Below, in pieces: positions 38,485-52,395 of a stretch of DNA of 64,000 nucleotides; positions within the stretch are counted from its first letter, which is position 1, and every line of letters starts with the position of its first letter. A program made the position numbers and the translations under genes. The DNA comes from Ranitomeya imitator (taxonomy: Eukaryota). The notes under the pieces were generated by a model that did no database searches, was not told the origin of the DNA, and saw only the letters and a program-made list of their open reading frames with translations. The stretch is taken from contig NC_091287.1 in assembly GCF_032444005.1 (NCBI RefSeq), positions 408,270,001-408,334,000 on the forward strand, given 5' to 3'.

Positions 38485-38935
38485 CTTTACTTGGACAACT
38501 CTTTGTCATACCCCACACTTGGCCTCGATAAAATAAATATACTTATAGTCACCTCTCATACTGATGGCGTTCTTGCGGTGTCGGCACTCAATCTTTCCGG
38601 GGCTCCCGTGCTGTTCTTATGACACGTGAATCCGGTGCCCAATCAGCACTGGCGTCACTGTCTCCGCCTTCTGTTGAATTAAGCATGAAGAGGAAGTCAG
38701 AGATCAGCTGCAGCCCGGACTTCCTTTTCATGTTCAAGTCGTACAAAGGTGAGGACAGTGGCGCCAGCGCTGATTGGGCGCCTGGGTCAAGTGTCACAAC
38801 AACAGCTTGGGGGCCCTGGGAGAGCGAGTGCCCAAACTGTGGGAATGGCGCTAGCTTGGGAAGTAGGTACACTTTTTTTTCTTTTACCGGGGCCAAACAT
38901 TTAGATGGGGTTGTCCTTGTAGCGGACAACCTTTT
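38485..38935. mobile_element. T2-like MITE, same family as 46389-46817
   Basis: Shared internal palindrome (gcgctggcgtcactgtc..cagctgcagcccggacttcc..gacagtg..cagcgctgattgggcgcc); end GGACAACC..TTAA; left boundary approximate. Confidence 0.6.
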
Positions 38936-39073
38936 TAACTAAAATTGGTTTGCATAAAGGCTTCCATACACATAAAATAAAGTTATCTGAAAGTCCTGAT
39001 ATCAGAAGAGTATCTATTGCCTATAAGGGCTTCTCAATTTTCCTCCAACAGCTGATGATGGGGAGGAGATCCA

Positions 39074-39637
39074 TGGAAGATAGCCGTAGGCACTACTATA
39101 AGTTGTGCTGCACAAGTAGGTGCCCAAACCGTACTTATGTTGTAGATAAACTTGGCACACACGTGGTCAAATGAAAGTGAGATTTAATTGAAAGAGAGTA
39201 CATACAATATTGACGTTTCGGTCTTAGGTTAGACCTTCATCAAAGTACCCTCTGCTTGTGGCTGGAGCAGCTATAGATAGCCGGCTACACTGGGCGCCAG
39301 TGCTGTGCTGGACGTGGCACCCGCGGCACCTATATAGAGCGGCACCCGGCGCTGTCACTTCACACTCAGGACGAGCGGTGGAAGCCGCGTCCAGCACAGC
39401 ACAGCACTGGCGCCCAGTGTAGCCGGCTATCTATAGCTCACTTCACACTCAGGACGAGCGGTGGAAGCCGCGTCCAGCACAGCACAGCACTGGCGCCCAG
39501 TGTAGCCAGCTATCTATAGCTGCTCCAGCCACAAGAAGAAGGTCTAACCTAAGACCGAAACGTCAATATTGTATGTACTCTCTTTCAATTAAATCTCACT
39601 TTCATTTGACCACGTGTGTGCCAAGTTGATCTACATC
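39074..39637 (-). mobile_element. 564-bp fold-back Penelope-like insertion with 14-bp TSD
   Basis: TSD GGGGAGGAGATCCA at 39060-39073 and 39638-39651; inverted arms ~39141-39314 vs 39471-39635; 83-bp tandem duplication 39355-39437 / 39438-39520. Confidence 0.72.
39208..39247 (-). ncRNA. Minimal type I hammerhead-like motif (slightly degenerate)
   Basis: Minus strand TACT-TTGATGA-A-GGTC taacctaa GACC-GAAA-CGTC-AATA; perfect stem II, palindromic ACGT, GUC cleavage triplet; U at position 3 and one stem-I mismatch. Confidence 0.55.
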
Positions 39638-42134
39638 GGGGAGGAGATCCAGTCTACTAACTGTTAATGGCGGTCAATTTAGTTTGGGGTGGAGATAAGC
39701 TGCTGTATGATGAGTCTTGCTGCAGCTCAGCAGCTCTCTAATAGAAAACACTGCAACGATTGACCAGGCGCTCCTGTATACAGAGGAGTCAGGAAAGATA
39801 GTTGTCAGCCTATCTAATGTGTACGGGGCCCTTTCGACACAATGTAGCCTGGTAAAAAGTAAACAATACACCTACTTTATTTCAACCATGTCAGTTGCAG
39901 TAGATTCATCTATATTTGAGGACATCTGTCACACTGAGTGTGGTCCATTTATCATTCAACAGATATGTGCTAGTCACTTTAATAGTTCCTCAAAATCTTA
40001 CTTTGAAAACCAAAAGTTGAGGTGCTTGGTAAGCCGATCTGATTTATTTTGTCTTCTATTATTCCATGAGATAAAACAGTGAAGAACCTTTGTACGGTGT
40101 TCATCACAAAACAACTATTAGCCACCACTTCATGAGATCACAGCAACGCTGGGCGAGGAAAATGACTTATGCAGTTCATGATATCCTGATATATCAAAAT
40201 CTCTGGTAGACACATAATTATTAAAGATGAAAGCAGAGAGACAGGATATAAAAACTCTATAGCCATTATCAGGCGTGCACTGAAAGTCTGAGACATTGAC
40301 CTCATCTCATGTATAGTCATTTCTGCAGAAGGCGTAACACATGAGACATTAATTGGACATGTTGTATACCGGTGTAATGTGAAACTAGTTTTCTTTGTAT
40401 ATTTAAAGCAATAATTCAAGTTAAAGATTGGCAAGACGCAGTGTGTTAATTGGTAATTACAACCCGCTAGTATGTCAGGATTATATAGCTGGAATCAAAT
40501 ACAAGCAGCACTGGATGAAGGTTGTTATAAAACCTTATTATCTAAACAGAACAAAAACAGAACATTCACTTGTAACCAATAATTCAAGATGGCAGTTTCT
40601 GGTTTTATGTGAGTATTAAAAAACAAGGATTGAGGCTAATGTTCTCTCCATATATTATGAAGCAGTTTACAAACAACTTCAGAAGTACTGTACAAGGAGA
40701 GATTTAATAGACGATCTTACAGACATGGAAAGCCAAACCCATCATACATTAATCATTGCACTAACGGTGCGGAATAAGGCTACGTAAGCACTTGTATGGA
40801 GGGGAATAGCTGACGCGTCTTCTTCGTCCTCTGTCCCTGGGCAGGGAGAGACAGATATTAGCCAAGAGATACCATAGAGCCCTCTAATGACTTATTAGCT
40901 GCTATAGAGACAAGATGACTGCCGTGGACAGGACCTTCTGGGTTCCTGCCTTTTCCTATATTTGGGGCAGAGTACGATAACCATTTGTCCAGTAAGGCTG
41001 TCCTCTTCCATTTTGGAGAGGTCACATTTCTGACAAAGTAAATGGTCATGTTCCAGGTGTGTACACCACCCTTTTTTGGGGGCAGCAGAAGACCATCATT
41101 GGTCAGAAATGGCTTCCAATTAAGAAGTCACTGGACAGGGAGTCGAGATCACTGATTTATCTAATGAGTCCAGTTTAACATATATCAGACAACAGAGGTG
41201 CCTGCTATCAAGGTGTAGACAGTTAGGAAAGCTGGCAATCTATATAATAACTACTACTCAAATATTTGAATATACTTCTTAGTCTTTTGTAAAAATGGAT
41301 CAAGCAGATCACTCTGCGAGCCTATACAGTTTCCGATAATTTGCTTTTCATAAATGTCCTTCGTGTCTACACGGAAACCAGTACAGGTTCATGTTCAGCC
41401 ATTCATAAATCACCCACGGTCTTTTGTTTCAGCCTTCACCATGTTTCTATACACTCTCATTTATCCAACAGAGAAAGTATTGTGTTCAATAAAAATGGAC
41501 TGAACTGGTGCCGCTGATAAAGGAATGATCTGTATTTTACATCAACATGCCTCGCAGTGACTACGGTATGCCATGCAGTCACAATTTTGGTGCTCTTATT
41601 GCTACAAATTGACAATAAACCCCAATGTAACCAAAATGTACTAATGTAACTCGATCCTCTGGTCCTTGATAAAAAAAAAAATGAGCACCAGGGTTCTTCA
41701 AGTATCCATAAAGTTACTATGTGCCATGAGCAGTAGCTGTTTGCATTATGCAACATAAGATTTATTATAGTTTATTATGTATAGGGTAATAGTTTTTTCT
41801 CCAAAATCTTACATTACAGTTAAATCATACGGAATCATACAAATCAACTAAGACATCATCTGCAAGGGCTGTGCCTAGAAAAACACTCCTCTTTCACTCA
41901 TCTGGCTCGCCCTTGTATCCTATTATCTCCTTCTCTGCCTCTGCTTCACTTACACCTTCCCGGTGAGGCGCCCCCTCACCTCGTCATTGGAACCGCTCCC
42001 CCCACAATATGCGGCGACCGCAGATTACTCCGCATCTGCCCTATAAGACAACACCTGGTGTATAAGACGACACCCGACTTTTGAGAGAATTTTCAGGGGT
42101 TAAAAAGTAGTCTTATACGCCAGAAAATACAGTA

Positions 42135-42292
42135 ATATGTTCTCCCCGTGTTTGCGTGGGTTTCCTCCTACACTTCAAACACATATTGATAATAAATTTA
42201 AACTGTAAACCCAATGGGGACAGTGATGATGTCTGTAAAACGCAGTGGAATCAATCGCACTATATAAGCGAGAAAAAGAAATTAAATAAATA
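42135..42292 (+). mobile_element. V-SINE-like fragment with L2-type tail
   Basis: atgttctccccgtgtttgcgtgggtttcctcc...caatggggacagtgatgatgtctgtaaaacgcagtggaatc..cactatataag. Confidence 0.7.
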
Positions 42293-42608
42293 CAGATTTC
42301 CATTACAATTTAGCATTACCCTCTGTTTTAATAGTGATATTTTATGTAACAAAGGCACTTCAGCTCCGATGACATGGCCTTAGTATGACTGCAGCCTCCG
42401 TGGTAAACAAAACCTCGTGTGTCAAGTACCTTATAAAGGCAAAGTTTAGACCAAGTTTCTAATAATATCATGTTCCTAGGGTGATCTGAAGAACAGATTG
42501 GCATTTATCCTGCCTTTCCTTGGCCAAGAGACCATGTGGCAGGGACCATAGACAAGAGAATGATGGCAGATCGCTCTCACAGGATTATAAAATCTATGGT
42601 TAGACTAA

Positions 42609-43329
42609 AGGTACCGTTACACTAACGATTTACCAACGATCACGACCAGCGATACGACCTGATCGTTGGTAAGTCGTTGTGTGGTCGCTGGAGAGCTGTC
42701 ACACAGACAGCTCTCCAGCGACCAACGATGCCGAAGTCCCCGGGTAACCAGGGTAAACATTGGGTTACTAAGCGCAGTGCCGCGCTTAGTAACCTGATAT
42801 TTACCCTGGTTACCATTGTAAATGTAAAAAAAAAACCACTACATACTCACATTCCGGTGTCTGTCACGTCCCTCGCCGTCAGCTTCCCGCACTGACTGTG
42901 AGGGCCGGCCGTAAAGCAGAGCACAGCGGTGACGTTACCGCTGTGCTTTACGGCCGGCACTCACAGTCAGTGCAGGGAAGCTGACGCCGAGAGACGTGAC
43001 AGACACCGGAATGTGAGTATGTACTGTTTTTTTTTTTTACATTTACAATGTCGGGTTACTAAGCGCGGCCCTGCGCTTAGTAACCCGATATTTACCCTGG
43101 TTACCAGTGAACACATCGCTGGATCGGCGTCACACACGCCGATTCAGCGATGTCAGCGGGTGATCAGCGACCAAAAAAAAGGTCCTGATCATTCCCAGCG
43201 ACCAACGACCTCCCAGCAAGGGCCTGATTGTTGGTCACTGTCACACATAACGATTTCGTTAACGATATCGTTGCTACGTCACAAAAAGCAACGATATCGT
43301 TAAAGAAATCGTTATGTGTGACGGTACCT
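42609..43329. mobile_element. PIF/Harbinger-like hairpin MITE
   Basis: TAA|AGGTACCGTTACAC ... GTGTGACGGTACCT|TAA; internal GGTAACCAGGG hairpins, the second partly deleted. Confidence 0.85.
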
Positions 43330-43721
43330 TAAGGCTCCATATCCAGATACGAAAGCTGACACTCACTCATTTGACCGATAGTTATCTCTCCCATACACAT
43401 GAACATACGGGTCAGGCAATAAGACTCAAACTGAGCACCTTTTATCTCATTTGTTGGGAGAGAGTTGGGAGTCCCCCATACAGATTAGACTGTCAGCCAA
43501 TCCCACTAACAGTTGCGAGTTTGGATTTAGTCAAATGTGTTTGTTGGCCCTAAAGAAAGCCCACTACTGTACCATATCATCATATGATAGGAAATGTTCC
43601 TTAGGAAAAGTTCACCTGAGTATATAAAAAATTGTCCGATTTTCATCCAGAAAAAAACAAATGATTTTTCATCTGTATCGCTATCATTATTTTTATTCAT
43701 TATATATCTGTATAGCATTAA

Positions 43722-44030
43722 AGGGAACCTGACAGATGATACATGCTGCCTTATCCACGGTATCAGACCGTGGCTGTATGATTTCAGGCTGATCCTCGGT
43801 GGTTTCAACGCACCAGCTGCCAGTGACTGACAGGTCTCTCCCCAAATACGCCAGCTGGGAGGGATCTGTCACTAGTCTATCATGCAGCTCGGTCCCCGAT
43901 GGCTATAAAACTCGTTCACTGGAGCACTGCAGCGTTTCAGAGTTACCCATAGATGGCTGAAATCACACAGCCACAGCCTGATGTATGCTGGCCGTGGACC
44001 AGGCAGCATGTATCAACTGTCAGATTTCCT
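43722..44030. mobile_element. TTAA-flanked T2/Kolobok-like MITE
   Basis: TTAA|AGGGAACCTGACAG ... CTGTCAGATTTCCT|TTAA. Confidence 0.75.
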
Positions 44031-44650
44031 TTAATTATTCTACATCAGTAGTGAATGAAATTTACAAGACTCAAAACAGGTTCCTATGTTCATAAAGCAT
44101 AACGGTTGATCTGTATGAGACCTGATTCTTTTTGCGCATCCATATACTTTAATAGGCGAATCTCATCCGAAAAAAATGTAAGAGACTGTTGCACACTGAG
44201 ATTTTTCCATGTGGATATTTGGTCTGTTTAAAATAAAACAGTCATCTGAACAGCATAACAGAGTAACACTGGTCCAAGTGCTGTCGATTTTTTCCACGGT
44301 CAACACTCGGATCAAAAATACGGTTGTGTGACTATACCTCAAAATATATCTATAAACTACATTGTGTGATTCTACATGTGAGGCTACTTTCACATGATCA
44401 TATTTCTCGTCCAAGAGCTGTCTGTGGAAAAGACCATCAGCAATCGGACCAATGTTTTCCAATAGGCCGTTAAGATTACAATTTGTTTCCACAAACGTAA
44501 TGCCCATGTGAAAAAATTGCAGCATGCAGTAGTCTCTTCCATATTTAGGCCTATTCAAGCCTATGGATACGCAATAAAATCGTATGCCATACGGATATAT
44601 CATAGAGCATCTGATTTTTACTGGTACATTGCCATTATTAATATGGGAAA

Positions 44651-44883
44651 TAGAGATGAGCAAACCGGACAGTTAGTGTCTGGACATTCCATTGCAAAGT
44701 TCGGAGTTCCAGGGAAAGTCTGTTGCAGAGAGAGGTTTTTTTCCAGTTCGGTTCCCCATTGTTTTCAATTGGGTTTGGGTTCTGGTTCAAGTTCGTGTAC
44801 AGTTCTGGTTCCCGAACAAAACTTTGGACTAAAGTTCAGGTCAGGAACTACAACCCGAACTTCAACGGATCTGCTCATCCCTA
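44651..44883. mobile_element. hAT-like TAGAGATGAGCG-family MITE
   Basis: TAGAGATGAGC ... GCTCATCCCTA; flanks ATGGGAAA / ATATGAAA (6/8). Confidence 0.7.
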
Positions 44884-46388
44884 ATATGAAACCGTTTTTG
44901 AGTTTGTAAATTTAATATTTAATTCACTGATGATATATGAAAATGCATGCCATATGGATGTCATAGGATTACAAACCGACTATACAGATGAAAAAAACAT
45001 TTCTGGATGAAAACTGGCCAATTTTTTCTATATGTTCATCTGAACTTAGCCTAAAACTGCGATGTGCAGCTTTCACATGAGCTTTTCTATGTTAATCAAT
45101 GCTCAAGGAGGCAAAAAAATGAAGAAAAAAATTCATTATACTGTAGCTTCCCATTCACTGCTAAAAAACACTTCACAAATCCAACAACACATCTAAACCA
45201 CAGAACATAAAGGAATATTTTTTAGTTTCTACTTCTTATTTAATCTCTTAACGTATGACTCGTGTACATTTACCAAAATAAATCAGACAAAGATTCGACA
45301 TAAAAGAAGACCCTAAATTGATAGTCAAAGCAAATCTGCAACCCGACCAGACAAATTTGTTTCAGGATTTATCGTGTCTAAATTGGAATAATATATTCAG
45401 CGCAGATACTTTATAAATGAGAAGTGCAGGAACAGACTGACACAACCCCGATAACTGAGCCTTAATAGGGCCATCATAATTCAGGACATTGCACGGAACA
45501 ATTACAGACACTTTCACACTGTCACTTCAGGAAATGCCAAAAACATTAAATATAATCCTGTAATGTTACCTTCTGAAAACAAACTCCTCCACTGACATCT
45601 ATCACGTCGCTTTTTTGGAAACTTTCCTACCGAATATAAATATTAATGTTTTTTTTTTTAACAGTTCTACGCAAAAAGACTTAAGAAATTGTTACAAATA
45701 GTATTATTTCTAAAGAGCGCACAGTTTATACTACCAATGGGATAAACAGTGTCTCAGGGACAATATTGTGATAAAGGACAAGAGAACTGTGAGCAACAAC
45801 ATTCTGGAAAAGAAAAGGCATCCTCGTGGTAAGACAGCACATTGCGGATCTGAAACGACAAGCCTTTTTTCCCAGGTAGACCTCATAGGAATCTTCCCTG
45901 TTCTGCATTTTAATGGTCCTGCGGTCCATATCGCTTCTACTGTGCAATGATTTAACCCTCATTTTGGGATTAAACAACAGAACGAAATACAGGTTCAAAG
46001 GGGCTGTATCTAATCCATATGATGTTTGCCAGTTCTAATCGTCTATTTATTTTGCCTTCCAGTGTGCATAACTGCTTTGTCTTATCTTAGCGGCATTGTA
46101 CACACAACCTGCCACCGAAAATCCATGTTTATATATAATCCTCAAAGAGGTAGAACAATCCAGCTCCATCATAGATTCAAAGCATTGTGAAAGATTTTCT
46201 TAAACGAAGAAAACATCTACCGGTATATGTTTTTCCAATCAGCATCTTTGAAGGTGAAGGACAATAAAGTACTACGACTTGCTGTTATAGAGTACCTGCC
46301 TATGCCATAACAACCAACCATGCTTACTCCACAACATACACCATGCCGATATCCTGATGCATCATGTGGGCTTTAAATGTGGTGTTAA

Positions 46389-46817
46389 AGAAGTTGTCCA
46401 CTACTTGGACAACTTCTTCTCATACCGCTCACTTGGCCCCATAAAATAATAAAGCTTAAACTCACCTCCTGTGCTGGCGCCGTTCCTGTGGTGTCGGCAC
46501 TTGTTATTCCATACTGTTGTTATGACATGTGAAGCCGGTGCCCATTCAGCGCTGGCGTCACTGTCCCCGACTCATGTCGAATTGAGTAAGATCAGCTGCA
46601 GCCCGGACTTCCTCTTCATGTTCGATTTGTCCAAAGGCGGGGACAGTGACGACAGCGCTGATTGGGCGCCAGCGTCACATGTCACAACAACATACGGGAG
46701 CCCCAAGAGAGCAAGTGTGACACTGGGAACGGTGAGAACATGAGTATAAGCTTTATTATTTTATGGAGGCTATACATTTTCATCAAGAAGGTGTTGTCCT
46801 AGTAGTGGACAACCCCT
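46389..46817. mobile_element. T2-like MITE
   Basis: TTAA|AGAAGTTGTCCACTACT ... AGTAGTGGACAACCCCT; internal inverted repeats. Confidence 0.7.
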
Positions 46818-48438
46818 TTGAGGTCCACATAAACATTAGAGGCCTATTTTGCTGAGATCATCTGACCATCTGATGTATGTGGTGACCTCTCGAATCTCTC
46901 AGGATAGAAGATGTAGGTTGAGAGAAGGCTCCAGCTGGTTGAACTTCAAGGGTTGGTCCTTTTGTTTGGCAATGTTGGAATCTCATTGTTTAGTTTTCAG
47001 GGGATACAAGCAGTTAAGAGGTGCCTGGCATTGTCTTTCTCTTCTTTCCCCTTTGCAAACACATTAACGCTAGGCCGAGTGGACCACAAAAGTGTATGAG
47101 AGTGAGAAACAAAGCTGTTGGCTGAATAAATGTTCAGCTGGCAGAGGTCTCAAGTGGATGGTCAGCTTTGTATTTAATAAGCGGCCTGCAATACATTCAG
47201 TCAGAGCTCGTGCTAGTAGTAGTGCGGTCACGTGCCCATATAAAATTCAGTGTCAAAAGCTAAAAGGGAGGCACTGTTTTATCACTAGGAAAATAATACT
47301 AAGCATGTATCGAATACATTCAGCAGATGATTGATTCCTGCCTTCACATAAGGTGCCGCTCTGGGAGACTGAAGAGCACTAACAAAAAGAAAAACACATT
47401 TTTCAGTGTTCATTAATGGATTTTTCTTTCCTTCAGTCACTACAACTGTACTGTTTTGCTTCTGGACTTTCTAAAAGAGTGCTTGTGCTATATGAAGTCA
47501 AAGAGGTGGAGACACAGTGCTAAAAAGTCAAGCTGGCCTTGCTCTAATCCTCCACAGCCTGGTTTGATTACCTACTCTGAATATTACAGGATTTAGGATG
47601 ACATACCCTGTTTATAGAGGCATCACTATTGGCAGACTTAGGGCATGGTCATCTTGACTTCTTGGCACAGCATCTTCACCTTCTTGGTATTGGTAATGTG
47701 CATTAACTGGAAGCCGTCTTCCATATTTTTTTAATACAGCTTTACAAAGCGTTGTAGCAGAATTATATGGTAGTGGTGGAGGTCTTGGGGGTAGGGTGAT
47801 GTGGAGAGGAAAGAGGAGAGCAAACCACCTACAAGGTTCTCTATACGGTAAGTATCATTGCAAAATGTCTAAGTGCTGTACAACAAATTCAGAGTTCAGT
47901 GACTTAGCACAATACCTTTAGGAGCTATTCAGAGTATGGAATGGACTTTCTACATTGTTCATCTAATCTCTTAAAAATACCGTAAATACAAAACGGTGTT
48001 AGTACACTTTAGGTAATGTTGACACAGGGCGTTTTTGCAGTGTTTTTTTTGCACAATGTACTTGGTGTGTTTCACAGTACCAGCACAATCAATGAGATTT
48101 CTGAAATCTCATGCACATGTTATTTTTTTCAGCGCATATTTTGAGCCGTGCTGCATTTTTGCCATGGTGCAGCAGGTCAATTCTTTCAGCATTTTTGCAA
48201 TGCTTTTCACCCATTCAAGTAAATGTGAAAAGGTTTTTGCCTTCTTCTGGATCAACATGTTAGACTATAGGTTGATCTTGATGGACTTAGGTCTACTGCC
48301 AGCCTTAAAACTATGAAACAAGTAAAACACTGGGGGGAAAAAGCACATAAAATGCAACAAAATGCACATAACGCAACGTGTGAGCATAGCTTTATAGTTT
48401 TGCTATGCTTGTTTTTGGGGAAGAGAGAATTAAAATTA

Positions 48439-49484
48439 CCGTATATACTTGAGTATAAGCCGAGAATATCAGGCCATTTTGTTTAGGCTGAAATCGCCCC
48501 TCTCGGCTTATACTCAAGTCATTCCCAGGGGTCAGCAGGGGAGAGGGAGCGGCAGCTGTCTAATCATACTCACCTGCTCCTGGCACGGTCTCTGCACGTC
48601 CCTGGTTCTCTGGGCGCTGACAGCTTCTTCCTGTGTTGAGCGGTCACATGGTACCGCTCATTACAGTAATGAATATGGGCGTGACTCCACTCTCATAGGG
48701 GTGGAGCCGCATATTCATTACTGTAATGAGCAGTACCGGTGACCGCTCAACGCTGGAAGAAGCTGTCAGTGCCCGGAGAACCGGGGACGTGCAGGGACCG
48801 CGCCAGGAACAGGTGAGTATAACGGGGGCATTGCGCGATATTCACCTCTCCTCGTTCCACCGACTGGCTCTGTCTTCTTTGTCCTGTCTGTGACGTTCAG
48901 GTCAGAGGGCGCGATGACGTGTTAGTGCCCTCTGCCTGAATAGTCACTGCGGAAGACGCTGAGGAGCAGTGGGCAGAGACGAGAGGTGAGTATGTCATTT
49001 TTTTTTTATTGCAACAGCAGATATACTGTACAGTTAATAATAGCAGCATAAACTGCATTTTATGGGGCCATCATCTACTTTTGTGCAGCATTATATGGGG
49101 CAAATTTCCTATGGAGCAACTTATGGGGCAATAATCAACTTTTATGCAGCATTATATGGGACAAATATCTCGATGGAGCATCTTATGGGGCCATTATTAA
49201 CCTTTGCGCAGCATTATATGGGGCATATTTTGTATGGAGCATCTTATGGGGCCCATCATGAACTGTATGGAGCATTATATGGGGCTCCTGATTCAAAATG
49301 GATCTTCAAAAACAACCAACTGATGTCTCAGTTGGTACCTATTTTTATTTTTGAAATTTGCCGGTAGCTGCTGCATTTCCCACCCTAGCCTTATACTCGA
49401 GTCATTACGTTTTCTCAGTTTTTTTGTGGCAAAATTAGGGGCCTCGGCTTATACTCGGGTCGGCTTATACTCGAGTATATACAG
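48439..49484. mobile_element. Tc1/mariner non-autonomous element, same family as 30013-31053 in opposite orientation
   Basis: TA|CCGTATATACTTGAGTATAAGCCG ... CGGCTTATACTCGAGTATATACAG|TA; same internal minisatellite on the other strand. Confidence 0.8.
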
Positions 49485-49612
49485 TAGTTCAGAAGCAAGT
49501 TGTTTAATGCTGGGTATGAAATGCCCTTGTTTTTATCTGTGCAGTTCCTCTACATCTCCCCACACACCTGCAAAATGTCGACAGAGGCCAAAACTTCTCT
49601 CTTTCAGCCTTA

Positions 49613-50353
49613 AGGTACCTTCACACATAACGATATTGTTAACGATATCGTTGCTTTTTGTGACGTAGCAACGATATCGTTAATGAAATCGTTATGTGTG
49701 ACAGCGACCAACGATCAGGCCCCTGCTGGGAGATCGTTGGTCGCTGAATAAAGTCCAGAACTTTATTTCGTCGCTGGATCTCCCGTGGACATCGCTGGAT
49801 CGGCGTTTGTGACACCGATCCAGCGATGTCTTCACTGGTAACCAGGGTAAACATCGGGTAACTAAGCGCAGGGCCGCGCTTAGTAACCCGATGTTTACCC
49901 TGGTTACCATCCTAAAAGTAAAAAAAAACAAACACTACATACTTACCTACAGCCGTCTGTCCTCCAGCGCTGTGCTCTGCACTCCTCCTGTACTGGCTGT
50001 GAGCGTCGGTCAGCCGGAAAGCAGAGCGGTGACGTCACCGCTCTGCTTTCCGGCCGCTGTGCTCACACAGACAGTACAGGAGGAGTGCAGAGAAGCACAG
50101 CGCTGGAGGACAGACGGCTGTAGGTAAGTATGTAGTGTTTGTTTTTTTTTACTTTTAGGATGGTAACCAGGGTAAACATCGGGTTACTAAGCGCGGCCCT
50201 GCGCTTAGTTACCCAATGTTTACCCTGGTTACCGGCATCGTTGGTCGCTGGAGAGCTGTCTGTGTGACAGCTCTCCAGCGACCAAACAGCGACGCTGCAG
50301 CGATCCGGATCGTTGTCGGTATCGCTGCAGCGTCGCTTAATGTGAAGGGGCCT
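49613..50353. mobile_element. PIF/Harbinger-like hairpin MITE
   Basis: TTA|AGGTACCTTCACAC ... GTGAAGGGGCCT|TTA; two ~72-bp hairpins flanking a central palindrome. Confidence 0.88.
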
Positions 50354-51676
50354 TTAGACTAGGAACATTTTCAGATAGCATGTATCAACGGTAATTGATA
50401 GCATAGTTGGCAGAATTTAGTTAGGCTTATTAGACAAAGTTAGAAATGGTATATGTACGTTATAGAGTATTGGTTAGTCACCCAATTACTTGTATTTATG
50501 CATTTTGCTATAACCTCCGACCAATTTTTAAAACTGAAGAGAGGAGAAACATGGTGCAAATTAGTGCCGAACTAGAGTAGAGCAAACCCTGCGATAACTC
50601 TCAGACCCCATTATTTAGAATCAATTAAAGTCATGCAAGTTTTCTAAGATTTTATTGTTATTCTCCCAAAACAGTAACCATTTTAAGCACTTTGAGAAGT
50701 AATCTCTTTAGTTTCCAATTGGTGTCCTGCGACCCGCCGCAATAGGAAAGAAATGACTGACTTAAGGTCTCGCTAATTAAGTGATGGTATGCTCACAACG
50801 CCAACTGATTAACTGAAGCAGTACATGCGCATAGAGCAAATGATTTATTGTGGATGTGAGCTGGTAATGTGTGACATGACATTATTAATGTTAAGCTATG
50901 CATATTCATATAAAGCAGGGTTTATGTTTCAGGATAGGCAACTAACAGAAGCTATTAAATACCAGTCTGCATTAAATAATGGAATTAACAGACTGTCGGA
51001 AATCAATAGAAAATGAATTTTAATACAAACAACTGACATTTAAATAAAAAAAATAAAAAGCCCTTTAAGGATGAAGAGAAAGAGTAAGGAACTTTCTTCT
51101 GGCTTGGAATTCTTTTGATATATAAAAGCTTGGGGCGCTGATATACTAGGCTAAGCTGCTAAACTTTTATCAGGGCTCGATGACAACTCCCGGTATGTGT
51201 GACTTGGATGACTCAATGTGGTAGCGACACTGCCACTCCTACATAGCAGATGTGCCACAGTTGTAATATAGGTGGATGACGAATATAACATTCATGTAAC
51301 CTCAAGTTTTGTGGAATTTAAGGAAAAGAGTAATGTGATGGACTAATGGCGTCCATACACCTGCAATAGTTGTCTGGCTAACAGCTATCGCTCCCAACTA
51401 CTCAGCCAAGAGTTCATGTGTCTTCAGTGGAGGGTTGCAAGAAAGCTGTTGTCAGACAGCTCTGTCTTCTGCATGAACCTCTGGCAGTGGCTTATCTTCC
51501 GTAAGAACAAAAGGACCAGGCATTTACATTTAAACAGCCGTTCTCCCAATGACATCTGCTGGGGACATTTGTGAGACTCTCATACACATCATATTGGCTT
51601 ACCGAATAGGTTCTTGCAAGAAGGACTTTAAAAGGTAAAATTGATAAGGGCACTGTAGGAAAGACAGGTAGGATTA

Positions 51677-52392
51677 AGGTACCTTCACACTAAGCGACGC
51701 TGCAGCGATACCGACAACGATGTCGATCGCTGCAGCGTCGCTGTTTGGTCGCTGGAGAGCTGTTACACAGACAGCTCTCCAGCGACCAACGATCCCAAAG
51801 TCCCCTGGTAACCAGGGTAAACATTGGGTTACTAAGCGCAGGGCCGTGCTTAGTAACCCGATGTTTACCCTGGTTACCAGCGTAAAAGTAAAAAAACAAA
51901 CACTACATACTTACCTTCAGCTGTCTGTCCCGGTGCTCTGCTTTCCTCTGCACTGTGTGAGCACAGCGGCCGGAAAGCAGAGCGGTGACGTCACCGCTCT
52001 GCTTTCCGGCTGACCGGCGCTGACACAGGATGCAGGAGGAGTCCAGAGAAGCACAGCACCGGGGACAGACAGCAGAAGGTAAGTATGTAGTGTTTGTTTT
52101 TCTTACGTTTACGCTGGTAACCAGGGCGCAGGGCCGCGCTTAGTAACCCGATGTTTACCCTGGTTACCAGTGAAGACATCGCTGGATTGGTGTCACACAC
52201 GCCGATTCAGCGATGTCTGCGGGAGATCCAGCGACGAAATAAAGTTCTGGCCTTCTAGCTCCGACCAACGACATCACAGCAGGATCCCGATCGCTGCTGC
52301 GTGTCAAACACAACGATATCGCTATCCAGGACGCTGCAACGTCACGGATCGCTAGCGATATCGTTGTGAAGTTGTTTAGTGTGAAGGTACCT
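51677..52392. mobile_element. PIF/Harbinger-like hairpin MITE
   Basis: TTA|AGGTACCTTCACAC ... GTGTGAAGGTACCT|TTA. Confidence 0.88.
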
Positions 52393-52395
52393 TTA

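Noticed and set aside
39363-39395. CAGGACGAGCGGTGGAAGCCGCGTC in the 83-bp duplication, loosely resembling the 61.7-kb hammerhead
   Set aside because: Lacks CUGA and GAAA and has no convincing stem I; cannot be called a ribozyme.
40815-40840. Minus-strand GAAGAAGACGCGTC, resembling a collapsed hammerhead
   Set aside because: No stem II, no GAAA, and no TSD or inverted repeat found.
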